Shown here one piece after another: positions 20,522-31,510 of a stretch of 64,000 nucleotides of DNA. Each line of letters opens with the position of its first letter. The stretch's first letter is position 1. Source of the stretch: Candidatus Marinacidobacterales bacterium. GTDB lineage: Bacteria; Acidobacteriota; Vicinamibacteria; Marinacidobacterales; DATDRI01. The DNA lies in NCBI GenBank assembly GCA_965219415.1, contig CBDCNP010000002.1:2496001-2560000 (forward strand). The letters are read 5' to 3'. The notes beneath the pieces were generated by a model. It did no database searches, had not been told where the DNA came from, and worked only from the letters and a program-made list of their open reading frames with translations. The translations under genes and the position numbers were made by a program.

Positions 20522-22234
20522 TCACGGACTTCTATAGCCGGGGCCTCGAAGGACCTGGCCTGGCCGCTCGTCCGTAATTTTGCCGTCTTCGACCACGGGG
20601 CGTCCGTTCACGAGCACGTGACGAACGCCAACTGAGTAGCGATTGGGCTCCTCGAAGGTCGCGACGTCACGAATGGTCTCCGGGTCGAACACCGTGATGT
20701 CGGCGGCCATACCGGGACGGAGAATGCCCCTGTCCTGAAGCCTGACCCGCGTCGCTGGACGAGACGTCATCTTGCGAACGGCCTCCTCCAAGGTGAGGAG
20801 CTTCTCTTCGCGGACATATTTGCCCAAGATACGAGGAAACGTTCCCCAGGCGCGGGGATGTGATTTGCTCTCGGACAGGGGGCCGTCTTCCGCACGGGCC
20901 GCGGAGTCAGTGTTGATCGAAATCAGCGGGTGTTTCAGCGCGGCCCGCACGTCATCCTCCCGCATGATGGAAATGATGCACGAAGTAGCGCCATAGTCGG
21001 CGATAACGAGATTTATGAGCGCGTCGCGTGGATCCTTTCCCATCTCACGACCGATCTCGGCGAGCGTCATCCCCTCCCACTGGCGCAAGGCGGGGTCGCG
21101 CACCGAACTCACCAGCACTCCTTCAGCGCCCCCCGAGCCGTACCACTGGTTCTCCCAATCGGTAATGGAGGGATCCGCCATCTCGGCCTTGATCCGCGTG
21201 CGCAGCGCCGAGTCCGTCAAGCGTTCGATCATGTCGTCTGTTGTTCCTTCTCGAACCCACACGGGAAGGCATGCAGCGAGGGCGTTCGAGGCTCGATCGT
21301 AGGGGTATTGGTTGGCGCTGACGTCAAGTCCGCGGGCCCGTGCCGTTTCGAACTTCTCAAGCACCTCGGGCATCTTGCCCCAATTCGCCTTGTAGGCCGT
21401 TTTCAAGTGCCAGACCTCGGTCGGAATCTGAGCACGCTCGGCGATCGCGAAGACTTCGTCGAGGGACTCGAAGATGAGGTTCCCCTCTGAGCGTTGGTGG
21501 GTGATGTAGATGCCGCCATAGTCCGCCGCGACCTTGGCAAGCTCGACCAACTCGTCCGTCGAGGCAAAGCGGTTCGGAACGTACTGAAGCGAGCTGCTGA
21601 GCCCGAGCGCTCCGTCCTCCATCGCCTCGGCAACAAGCTTCTTCATCGCTTCGAGTTCCTCGAGGCTTGCGGGACGATCTTCTCGACCGACAACGTAGTC
21701 CCGCACGCCGCCTGAGCCGACGAAGGTGGCAATATTGATGGCAGCGAGAGAGCGGGTCTCGACCCGGTCAAAATACTCCGCCAAGGTACGGAAATCCTGT
21801 TCGACACCGAAATATCGGTAGCTTGCCGATGCAGCTTCCACCATGCGGTCATTCACCGGAGCAATGGAAGCCCCCTCTCCCGTAATTTCGGTTGTGATGC
21901 CCTGCATAATCTTGCTCGCGGCCCGACCATCCACGAGAATGTTGAATTCCGACTGACCCAACATGTCAATGAAGCCGGGCGCCACGACGAGTCCCCGCGC
22001 GTTGATGCGCTCGGCAGCGTTTGCTTCATCAAGGCGTCCCATAGCGACGATACGACCATCGGTAATCCCAACGTCTCCGAGGAACCAGGGAGCACCGGTA
22101 CCGTCAACGATGCGTCCTCCTGCGATGACAACATCGAACGACGGAGGCGTTTGGGAGCTTAGTGCCAAGAACTCCCAAAACGCGGCCACCAAAACCGTGA
22201 CAAACAAGAGCGCCTTGATATGGTTTGCGATCAT
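20522..22234 (-). CDS. N-acyl-D-amino-acid deacylase (amidohydrolase 3), likely exported
   Basis: GGRIVDGTG, VVAPGFID, HPRAWGTFPR, AVRKMTS and ADITVFDP motifs; N-terminal hydrophobic segment. Confidence 0.9.
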   Translation of the reverse strand: MIANHIKALLFVTVLVAAFWEFLALSSQTPPSFDVVIAGGRIVDGTGAPWFLGDVGITDGRIVAMGRLDEANAAERINARGLVVAPGFIDMLGQSEFNILVDGRAASKIMQGITTEITGEGASIAPVNDRMVEAASASYRYFGVEQDFRTLAEYFDRVETRSLAAINIATFVGSGGVRDYVVGREDRPASLEELEAMKKLVAEAMEDGALGLSSSLQYVPNRFASTDELVELAKVAADYGGIYITHQRSEGNLIFESLDEVFAIAERAQIPTEVWHLKTAYKANWGKMPEVLEKFETARARGLDVSANQYPYDRASNALAACLPVWVREGTTDDMIERLTDSALRTRIKAEMADPSITDWENQWYGSGGAEGVLVSSVRDPALRQWEGMTLAEIGREMGKDPRDALINLVIADYGATSCIISIMREDDVRAALKHPLISINTDSAARAEDGPLSESKSHPRAWGTFPRILGKYVREEKLLTLEEAVRKMTSRPATRVRLQDRGILRPGMAADITVFDPETIRDVATFEEPNRYSVGVRHVLVNGRPVVEDGKITDERPGQVLRGPGYRSP

Positions 22235-22613
22235 GGGCGGATGCTAGCAGGTGGTGCTTCTGCCATCAAAGGCGGCTACGCCGCTAGAGGCATTTGAATG
22301 CCCAAGGGGAGCCATCCAACCCCTGTATCCCGCGGCATCACCGAACGTTCGCTCTTGTGCTCGATATAGTCCAGTCTAATGATGGACTTCCGGGTGCGGA
22401 GGTCACTGCCCGTAGCTCGCCCCGCAGTCGATTTGAGCCAGCCGTGCGCGCCCCCGGTGGGCCTGTCGCTCGCCACCCGAAGCCCAGGGGTCGGCGGATT
22501 CCAAGGGCGTCTAAGCTGTTGATTTGTGGTCTATGTCAAAAAAGCCGAGTCCTGGCACAAGACGCGGTGCTGTCGTCGTTTCGCCCTCGTTTCTGTGTTA
22601 CTTTCTTCCCGCC

Positions 22614-23892
22614 GTGCCGTTTCTCACCCTCGAAGACCCCAACGCTAAGATCAAGGGCTCACGCGACCCCCTGGGAGTCCAACCCATCTGGTCGGCGTTT
22701 GGCCGGCACGTCGTCACCAACCTCACGACGGTGAGCACGTCGGTTCGGGGGTTCACGACACTGCTGCTGGGGCGCTACTTCGCAGCCGATCTCGTTGACC
22801 GGGGGATGGCCACTCGGGAAGATGCCCTCGATGTGTTCCTACGAATGGAGCAGATCTGTGCCTATGCGCGGTATGTGGGTCACGGTGTTGATGACGACAT
22901 TCGAGGTATCGAGCGGGTCAAGCGCTTCGATGACGAGCAGCACGGGCGAGTGGACATCCAGGCCGACCGGAGGGGGATGATTCTTTCCGACCAGAAGACC
23001 TATGGACTTTGGGGGTTGTATTCGGTCTCAGCCAGACGGTCCGGACTGATCCCCGAGGGGCCCCTGGACCTGATTCCGGAAGCGCGGGAATTCGTCGAGC
23101 GGCACTATGTGAGCCACCTGAACGGCGCGGCTCGTCCGCTCCATCGGCTGTTGGCCACGGGCGGCACCTTGAACACCCGTGGCCGGGACGTGGTGTTCAC
23201 AGCCGTGGTGCAGATGATGAGCAGTGAACTGACGCCAGAAGAAGTCGCGTTCTACGCGCACTTCCTCCGCGACGGGCTCGCTGTCGAAGATGGGGAGCCA
23301 GGCCGCCAGCAGCGACTGCGGGAACTGCTCCAGGAGGTTGTCGACCTGGGACTGCCGACCGGCAGGGCCGAGGTGTTGCATCTGTCTCGTCGCGCGCGCG
23401 CGCTTTGACGAGGGCCTGGCGACCCGGTTGGAGCGAATCGCGCACCTGGAGGCTTTTCTCGCGCCGAGTGATGCATTGTTTCAGTACCTTCTGGCGCAGG
23501 ACGGCCAGGAACCAGAGCGTGTTGCGGATCGAATCGCGCGCCACTGGGGTGGCCAAGTCCCCAACTTGGACCGTGGCGCGTTTCAAGACTTGCGTGATGA
23601 GATCCGATCTATTGTCGGACAGGCGATGGCTCATCAGATGGATCGGTGTCATGTCGCGCTTCACGCGGGCGACTTCACAGAAGCAATATCGGCACTCCTT
23701 GACTGGAACCAGATCGTGATGAACGACCGGGGTGGTGCTCCGTGGTTGAGATATGGAGCCCAGGGACGGCTCGACGTTCGGTATCGTGGGAACGAGGAGT
23801 TGCTGCCCGCCAAGAGTGATCTACAAGAGCTCTGGAGCAACACGTACTTCATCGACGCGCTGAAGAACGTCACGAAGCAACTGGAGCCGTAG
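22614..23892 (+). pseudogene. putative defence-system gene 1 (GSRDPLG protein), frameshift in a CG tract at 23391-23403
   Basis: ORFs 22524-23408 and 23290-23892 read as one gene; GTG start at 22614 inferred; stop lies 3 bp before the next gene. Confidence 0.7.
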
Positions 23893-23895
23893 AGA

Positions 23896-25962
23896 GTGGC
23901 GGTAAGCACCGTCCCGACGTCGGTTCTCTCACAACAGCTGAGCGACGCGACCCGCGGCCGGCGCGTTCGGTGTGCCGTGTTCACGACCTTCAGCTTCGAC
24001 CCCGCGTTTTTCGAGCTGCACGTCCTGCCGCTTTTGTTCGACCAATCCTTCAGCCAGCCTGACAAGGTTCGACGCATTCAGCTCGAGGACGCGCTTCGTG
24101 CGGTCGACAATGTGGCCGTCTACTACGACATGCGGGCCCTCGCGCAGGACGGTGGCCCGGCGCAGCTCGACTATCGCCGCATCGGGGTCAGTCGTGGGAC
24201 CGGCTACTTTCACCCGAAGGTCGTGTTCCTGCTCGTTGATGACTGGACAGAGGAGGACACGGGGGCCAGAGAGGGAACGTCAGTCTCTCAGGCTCTCGTT
24301 GTGGCGATTCTTTCGGCCAACCTGACAAGGTCCGGGTGGTGGGAGAACGTCGAGTGTGCGCACATGGAAGAACTCAAAGACAAGGATCGCAGCCATGAAC
24401 GCTCCGCGTTCAGGTCCGACCTCCTCTCGCTGATTCGGCGTATTCGGGAGAGCGCAGAGAGGGAGGACGACCACAGCGCACTCAGCCAGATTCGAGCATT
24501 CCTTCTGCACCGCGTGTCACGTGAGCGGACTCCGTTAGCGAAATTCAAAAGGGTCTTCTACACGAGGACGTTCTGTGGACAGAAGAGACAGAGCTTGGTC
24601 GAGTGGCTCTCGGAGAAGCGTCTCGACAGGCTGGGTCTCAACCTCGAAGTAATTTCACCGTTTTTTGACGATGGGGGTGCGGGTCCTCTCGAGAAGCTCA
24701 TCGAGACACTGAAGCTCCGTGAAACGCGCGTATTCCTTCCGACGAAGCCAGACGGAGCGGCCACGGTGACGCACGACACGTACGCCGCCGTAGGCGCGAT
24801 CGCGCGGTGGGCGAAACTGCCTCCAGAGGTTGTCAACCAGGGACGGACCGAGGCGGCGGGTAAGCGTCCGCCGCGACGTGTCCATGCGAAGGTCTATCGT
24901 CTGTGGCGGAAGGGTGGTCCAGATGTGCTCATCGTGGGATCCCCGAACCTCACGACGGCGGGGTTCAGCCATGCCGCCACAGGCAATCTCGAAGCCGCCT
25001 TCTTGGTTGACATTTCCGGCTCGGGTCATGCGCGGCGCTGGTGGATGGAACCACTCGACCGAGACGTTCAGCGGTTTGCGGGCACGGCGTCTTCGGAGCA
25101 AGACGGGCTCGATACTGTCGGACTCGACCTCAGTTTTCAGTACGACTGGAGAACAAGCGAGCTGTCGTATCGCCTCCGGACGGCCGGGGTGTATCGCTTC
25201 GAGGTGACCGATCCTTCCGGACGTGCACTTGTGGCAGTGACGCGGCCGTCGACGGACCAGTGGGTGACGTGTGATGCCGCCGTGAGCGACAAGGTCCAGG
25301 AGATGCTCCGCTCGACGAGCTTCCTGATCATCAAGCACGAGGACACGTCGTGGCGAGTGCTGGTCAGGGAAGAACACATGGCCCACCGTCCCTCACTGCT
25401 GCTCGAGATGACTCCCGAGGAGATCCTTGAGTACTGGTCGCTGCTGACCGCCGCTCAACGAGCGGACCTCATCGAGCGCCTGACGACCGCCGAGCTTGAA
25501 GGTCTGCCGACGGATCGACGTGCGGCGCTACGCGCCAGACACACCGTATTCGATCGGTTCAGCGGCGTCTATCACGCCTTCGGTTGCCTCCAGCGTCATG
25601 TCGAAGACGCGTTGGCTGACCACCGGGAGCGTGATGCCGAGGCGAGGCTGCTGGGCGCGAAATACGATTCGCTGCCATCACTGCGCCAGAAGACGCTCGA
25701 CGCCAAGGAGAGCGATCCGATCGTGCGCTACGTGACGTTTCTGTGTGCCAAGCAGGTTAGTGACCACTTCAGGTGCCAACATCAGAAATTCTTCTCATCC
25801 AGAAAACAACCCCTCGCTCATCTCGACGCCCTCCTGGACCACCTCGGCGACGTGCGGTCTGATCTGCCTCTCGATGTCGCTGGTGCCGACGGTGAGTTTA
25901 TCAAGTGGTATGAGGCGGCCTTTCTGAAGACGGTCACGCACGTGGGAATCGCGCCCCGATGA
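23896..25962 (+). CDS. phospholipase-D-like nuclease domain protein
   Basis: Two HxK motifs with SxN: FHPKVV...SANLT and VHAKVY...GSPNLT. Confidence 0.8.
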   Translation: MAVSTVPTSVLSQQLSDATRGRRVRCAVFTTFSFDPAFFELHVLPLLFDQSFSQPDKVRRIQLEDALRAVDNVAVYYDMRALAQDGGPAQLDYRRIGVSRGTGYFHPKVVFLLVDDWTEEDTGAREGTSVSQALVVAILSANLTRSGWWENVECAHMEELKDKDRSHERSAFRSDLLSLIRRIRESAEREDDHSALSQIRAFLLHRVSRERTPLAKFKRVFYTRTFCGQKRQSLVEWLSEKRLDRLGLNLEVISPFFDDGGAGPLEKLIETLKLRETRVFLPTKPDGAATVTHDTYAAVGAIARWAKLPPEVVNQGRTEAAGKRPPRRVHAKVYRLWRKGGPDVLIVGSPNLTTAGFSHAATGNLEAAFLVDISGSGHARRWWMEPLDRDVQRFAGTASSEQDGLDTVGLDLSFQYDWRTSELSYRLRTAGVYRFEVTDPSGRALVAVTRPSTDQWVTCDAAVSDKVQEMLRSTSFLIIKHEDTSWRVLVREEHMAHRPSLLLEMTPEEILEYWSLLTAAQRADLIERLTTAELEGLPTDRRAALRARHTVFDRFSGVYHAFGCLQRHVEDALADHRERDAEARLLGAKYDSLPSLRQKTLDAKESDPIVRYVTFLCAKQVSDHFRCQHQKFFSSRKQPLAHLDALLDHLGDVRSDLPLDVAGADGEFIKWYEAAFLKTVTHVGIAPR

Positions 25963-27360
25963 CCACCATCACCCGAGACTTCGTGGAGCAGCTGATCGAC
26001 TTCGCGCCAGGCGAGGACACGTCCCTCACGATGATCGCGCAGCAGCAGCTCGATGGGACGGTCGCGTTGTTCAACATGCTGCAGCGGAACCGTTGTGCCT
26101 ATCTGGCTGACGAGGTCGGGATGGGTAAGACCTACGTGGCCCTGGGCGTCATGTCCCTGATCCGCTACCTGAACCCGCAGGCTCGGATTGTCGTCATTGC
26201 GCCACGCGAGAACATCCAACGCAAGTGGATCAAGGAACTCAAGAACTTCGTGCGCGTCAACTGGAAGATCGTTGGCAACCGAGTCAAGTCACTTCAGGGT
26301 GACCCTGTATGGGAGCCGGTCTACTGCAACAACGTGATCGACTTTACGCAGGAGCGGCTGTTCAATGCCGACCGCGACTTTTTTCTCCGCATGACGAGCT
26401 TCAGCGTGGCACTCAAGCAGCCTGAGAATCGGCGAAGACTCCGCACGCTGCTGCGACGGCAGATGCCGTGGATTCCCGCCAGCGCTATACCGACCAAGAC
26501 CCCTGAGGGGTTTCGCGAGGCGTTCGGCGCCGCCTTGAATGCGGGTGTCCCGCGCGCGGACCTCCTGATCGTCGACGAGGGGCACAATCTGAAGCACGGC
26601 TTCAACCCCAAGGGCAGCATCCGCAACCGCCTCATGGGCCTCGCCTTCGGGCATCCCGACGGGCAGAGCCCCGAGCGAACGTGGTACAAGCCACGGGTCA
26701 GCCAATTGCTGCTGCTGTCTGCGACGCCATTTGAAGAGGATTACGCCGCCATCCAGCGGCAGCTGGCGATCTTCGGGTTCGGCGACGCCAAGCTGGCCGA
26801 TTCACACGGTCATCGCACGGTCTGTGTCGCCCGCCTCAGCCAACCCGACGTGTCTGAATCTGAGAAGCGGGACATCGTGGGCCAGCTCATGGTTCGCAGG
26901 GTGTCTGGCCTGTGCATCGGTGGTGAGCTGCATACCAAGAACATGTATCGGCGTGAATGGCGCCAGGGCGGTTACGCGAGCCACGACGACCCGATGCGCG
27001 TCGTCGATCCCAAACAGCGGCTCATCGTCGGTCTGATGCAGAAAAAAGTGGCGGAAGTGCTCAAGGACGAACGCTTTCAGGACAGCTTTCAGATCGGCAT
27101 GCTGTCTTCATTCGAGAGCTTTCTGGAATCGGTTGGCGGGCCGGCGACGACGGCAGGCTCTGCTCGACGACGGCGAACCGGAGTCCGTGTTTGACGGCGC
27201 CCAGGGTACGGATGACGATGAGAGGCGAGGCATCGACACGGAGGCGGTCGAGGATGTCGTGAGTTCCTACCGACGTCGGTTCGGTCAGTCATTGCCGCAT
27301 CCCAAGCTGGACACCACGGCCGACGCCTTCGCATCAGCATTCGAAAGCGGCGAGAAGACC
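25959..27360 (+). pseudogene. SF2/SNF2-like helicase, frameshifted near 27135 and truncated by a family-B end
   Basis: LADEVGMGKT (Walker A), IVDEGH (Walker B), LLLSATP; continues as LPHPKLD...GEKT in ORF 27133-27390. Confidence 0.85.
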
Positions 27361-27678
27361 CCGTCCTGTGCCAAAACTCGGCCCTTTTGAAAGACCATGG
27401 CTGTAATTTAATGCACCGTAAAGTCTTAGCGTCATTTTACCAACACTTAATGGCGGAAGCACCCATGAGATCTGTGTGAGCAGCAGGGCTGCCCGATCGA
27501 ACAACGGCTGCCTGACCAACAGTAGGATTTGCACATGGTACGTCATGATGGATCCGAAGATAACACCCTCGGGCCAGACGATTGTAAAGCCCACAGCCCT
27601 TGGCACCGTCGCAAAACACAGACGCTAAGCTGCTGATTTATCGGCTATTTCAAGAGGGCCGAGTTTTGGCACAGGACG
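27361..27678. repeat. family-B inverted termini enclosing a half family-A MITE
   Basis: CCGTCCTGTGCCAAAACTCGGCCC ... GGGCCGAGTTTTGGCACAGGACG; A half at 27399-27463. Confidence 0.85.
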
Positions 27679-28076
27679 CGGTCCGTTGGGATGGCGTTTT
27701 CGGTGGGGGGTGCGAGAGAATAACGACGTGGTGGCACGCCGCGCTCCGCCTATCGCGGAGCGCCATTGGCCAAGTCACGACCAAGAGGAACGACGATGGA
27801 GCCTGATCAGAAGCCTGCTGCGTCGGGTCCGGTTGCAGCTCGCAGAGTTCTTCGGTGTCCACCCGGATACCGCGTCAGACTACGGGATCTGGTATCCTTA
27901 CAAGGGAACGGGTTGCTCGTCGGCTGTATCTGATTTTTGGTAACAGACGAAGTACATGAGGGATAAACACGGCGATCGTTTTGGAAGTTCTCAATCGAGA
28001 ATCAAGACTCCTGATGCCGGAAGAATTTCTCTCTAGTTGGAGGTTTGACTTTTTCGTCGGTTAGTTGGACCGGAAA

Positions 28077-28100
28077 GTGACGCATCTCATCATGCGTCAC
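28077..28100. promoter_or_regulatory. perfect 9-6-9 inverted repeat upstream of the P-II gene
   Basis: GTGACGCAT-CTCATC-ATGCGTCAC, 30 bp before the ATG. Confidence 0.55.
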
Positions 28101-28130
28101 GGGGAAACCTATACCGAGAGGTGGTAAAAA

Positions 28131-28472
28131 ATGAAACTGCTCAAGGCCATTATTCGCCCAAGCAAAATCGACGACGTGAAGAAGGCGTTATTCGAGATTG
28201 GGGTCCAGGGCGTGAATATCAGCACGATCAAAGGCTACACCCGGGACGTGCGCAAGGAAGTCTACCTGACCACCGAGTACGAAATAGATATGGTCGATAT
28301 GACGTTGCTGCAAACCGTCATCGACGATGACGTAGCCCCAAAAGCCGTTGATGTCATCATCAAAACCGCTTCAACGGGCCATTTCGGGGATGGACGGGTT
28401 TTCCTTATCGACATCGCGTTTGCCGCAGATATCCGCACCGGCGACACTGGATCGGCTGCGATCAGCCGCTAA
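28131..28472 (+). CDS. P-II family signal protein (divergent)
   Basis: MKLLKAIIRP, TGHFGDGRVF and IRTG motifs; RBS GAGGTGG. Confidence 0.9.
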   Translation: MKLLKAIIRPSKIDDVKKALFEIGVQGVNISTIKGYTRDVRKEVYLTTEYEIDMVDMTLLQTVIDDDVAPKAVDVIIKTASTGHFGDGRVFLIDIAFAADIRTGDTGSAAISR

Positions 28473-28765
28473 CTCCGGAAGGGGCTGACGGTCCGTCAGC
28501 TTGGGAACGCGCCGCGCGGGAAATTACAGGACTCGTAACGAATGCCGGGGAAAGAATGGCGCAACCAAATTGAGATGAGCGACGGCGTTGACGTTGCGCA
28601 TAGTCTTTTACCTTCCGCTCCGACAGACAGAGGGATTCCTCGACTCGTTGTTGCGGCTGATGGAACTCGACCTGAAAGCACCGGACCACACCACGCTGTC
28701 GCGGTACCAGGCCAAGTACAGCTCTTGTTGCCCCTGTGCTTTAGGGTAGTGGTCTAGGTTGAAAT

Positions 28766-28870
28766 CCCGTCCTGTGCCAAAACTCGGCCCTTTTGAAATA
28801 GGCCATAAATCAGCAACTTAGTGTCTGTGTTTGCGACCGGGCCCAAGGGCCGTGGGCTTTACAATCGTCT
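28766..28870. repeat. family-B end
   Basis: Inverted homolog of 27577-27678. Confidence 0.85.
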
Positions 28871-28997
28871 TGGGTGGGCGGGTCGTCACCATGCAGATGA
28901 CCACCTAGTCGAGAGCGAATATCGAAGCATGTTCCTGAAGCTGTTTCCACGCTACGCCGGTCGAGCCCGCCGAGGGGCTACCGTCGCCGGTGACCAT

Positions 28998-29278
28998 CTA
29001 CGCGGCACGGCAGTAGTAGTTGAGAATGCCCCCAAGTCGCTCTCGCGACACGATGGGGCCAGTGTCATTCGCGCTTGCCGGCAGAGGAGTGAGGAGCTCG
29101 TTGCCGAGACCTTGGTGGTTCCGTTCTGTGTGATAGTGCACTACGTATTCGGTTACCGCTGTGCGCAGGTGTCGCTCACTGAGAGGTACGAAGCGGTCGA
29201 GACACTCTCGACGTATGGAGAGAACGAATCTTTCCGCGTATGCGTTCAGATTCGGACTATTGGCGGGAAGGCGCAGGG
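28998..29278 (-). pseudogene. rve integrase-core C-terminal fragment
   Basis: Manual translation [21 protein letters not shown]...[13 protein letters not shown]...[11 protein letters not shown]. Confidence 0.8.
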
Positions 29279-29490
29279 TGTGCCTTCTATTTATTCATCC
29301 GGGCGCCCCAAACTTGATTAGTCTCCGGTCTGCCGGCACCATGCCTGCTTGATTTCGTCGTTTGTTCGCGCTCTCATCTCCGCCTTCAAGGCTCGTCGCG
29401 AGCTGGCTCTCGACAATGTCGCTCTTCGGCAGCAGCTCGCCGTCCTCCGCCGTTCGGTGAAACGGCCGCGGCTCTCGAACGTCGACCGCG
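29279..29490 (+). mobile_element. family-C left end with the start of an rve-type transposase
   Basis: TGTGCCTTCTATTTATTCATCC then RRELALDNVALRQQLAVL; inverted homolog at ~31638-31807. Confidence 0.8.
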
Positions 29491-29792
29491 GTAGTCCCGG
29501 CACGCGTCCCCGGTGTGCTTGTTGTAGAGCGTGAAGGAGTAGTCCTCCGTGCAAGAGCGCACCAACTCCCAGGGGCATTCGGTCACATATAGCGTCTCCT
29601 CGGCTGTGGCGGGCGTGATGCCGAGCAGGGCCGCGAATTCATCCGGGCCCCCCAGGGCTTCCAAACGGGCGTGCTCATCATGGCCGGGATCGGAATGCTC
29701 CTCCCGTGCATCGAAGCGGTGCCCCCGTCAAGACCAAAGCCGTTGCCGGTGACCCTCGGCGGCAGCATGCCGTCCGGTAGTCATAACTCCTC

Positions 29793-29886
29793 CCCGTCCT
29801 GTGCCAAAACTCGGATCTTTCGAAATAGACCATAAATCAGCAGCTTAGCAAGTTCGGTGCGCGCGGATGAATAAATAGAAGGCACA
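29793..29886. repeat. fused family-B and family-C termini
   Basis: CCGTCCTGTGCCAAAACTCG...GGATGAATAAATAGAAGGCACA. Confidence 0.8.
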
Positions 29887-30786
29887 GGAGGGCCCGCTCG
29901 CAGAAGCTCTCGAACTTGTCCCGGATGATGATGGCGCAATTGACAGTACCGGTGCGGCGGTCGAGCTCCCGAGCTGGCTGACGATGGAGGGCTTGTTACC
30001 TCCGGTCGAAATGGGGTTATATATGTGGGAATTTAAAAGAAATGATATCAATAAACCGCCTATTATCAGTTATTTAAAGCATTTAAATGGCGGATGGTGC
30101 AGTTCGGAGCTATCCGGTCTCGGTAAAAGGTATTTATAGAGTTTTTCAAGTCTGAGGTGGCCCTTTTGCCGCGCGCGTGGTGGGGCAATGTAGCGAAAAC
30201 TCAGAGAAGCCCTGGTGCCCACGTCGTTCTATCCTATTGTCCTGCAGTGATTTAAAGCTATCCGTCACGTGCTGGTCCCCGCACGCCTCATCGACGGGTG
30301 GTCGTTCGAGCTTATTTGCGAATTGACAGTCAATCCGATTTTCTAGACGGCAATCTCAACCTCCTTGACGCCTGTAAGAGGACCGTGTTGTAAACCCTCC
30401 GACGGAGGCTCCGCTCGTAAATCATTGTAGTGAAAAGCTATTACGCCTCATCGATGGACGCGTCGTCGACGGGAACTCCTTTCCGACTATCGCAGTCGTA
30501 AGGCTCAAGTGGGGGCAAGTGGAGCTATTCGGCTCTTGGCAGCAAACAAGCAGTAACGGTGCAAAACAGGTCATAAAAATGCAATTGGAGGGCATTTCGG
30601 GGCTGAATCGAGCGTTAATCGCTCAGCTAATGGGAAAACGCCGTCGTGTCCAAAAACACAAACGAACTCAAGACCCGCACGCCGCCGATGTCATCATTAG
30701 TGAGGGGGGCGATGCCGTTCGCCGACTGATGGAGATCAAGAGCGAGCGTGGCCGCGGCCGCAGGTTGGCTTACAACGTGACCTGAC

Positions 30787-31510
30787 TCACAGCGTTGCGA
30801 CGAGGGCACGCTGCTCCTCCCAATCGTCGGGAAGCGGATGATGGAGGAGGTAGCTCGAGGTCAGCCCAACGGGCTGGCGACCGTCCACAATGGCGCGGAC
30901 GATGTCGGGGGCCATGAAGGCATAGCCGATGGCCTTGCGCACGCGGGCCTTTGGGATGGCGTCTTCGATGGCAATCTCCTCATAGGTTTTGCCCGCTTTG
31001 ATTCGGTCAAGCCAGGAGAGGGCATTGGCGATATTGCGCAGGAGGGTGCGGTCAACGGATTTCGTGGGGTTGCCCAGAACGAGCTTGGTCTCGACGCCGC
31101 GTCGACGCAAGCGGAACGGTGCGTGGATGCGGAGTGCGTCCTCGCGAATGCGGTCGGGTCCCATAGACAGGCAATCAGCGAACGTATTGCGGTCGAGCAG
31201 GATGGACACAGAGCCTGGGCTGATATCGACCCGCCGGATGAAACGGAGCAGGCTGGCTGCCGAGGCACTATCATCATTACTACCGGAACACAGCCCGTCT
31301 AAAAAGCGACGCACCGAGGCGAGCTCTTGCATCGTCGGAGTGTGGATCAGCGAGGCCGAGAAGGTCGTGGCATCCACATGCTGTCGGATGAGATGCACGA
31401 CGGTCTGTTCCAGCATCGGGGCGGGCAGTCGCCAGCCGGAGAGGTCCTTTTGGCCACTGTGCTGGATGAGGCGCCGGGAGACGTAGTAGCGGAGCCGTTG
31501 CCCGTTTTTC
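30787..31510 (-). pseudogene. large serine recombinase C-terminal fragment
   Basis: KNGQRLRYYVS, WRLPAPMLE, LRRRGVETKLV, LPDDWEEQR; cut by an IS1 end at 31511. Confidence 0.85.
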
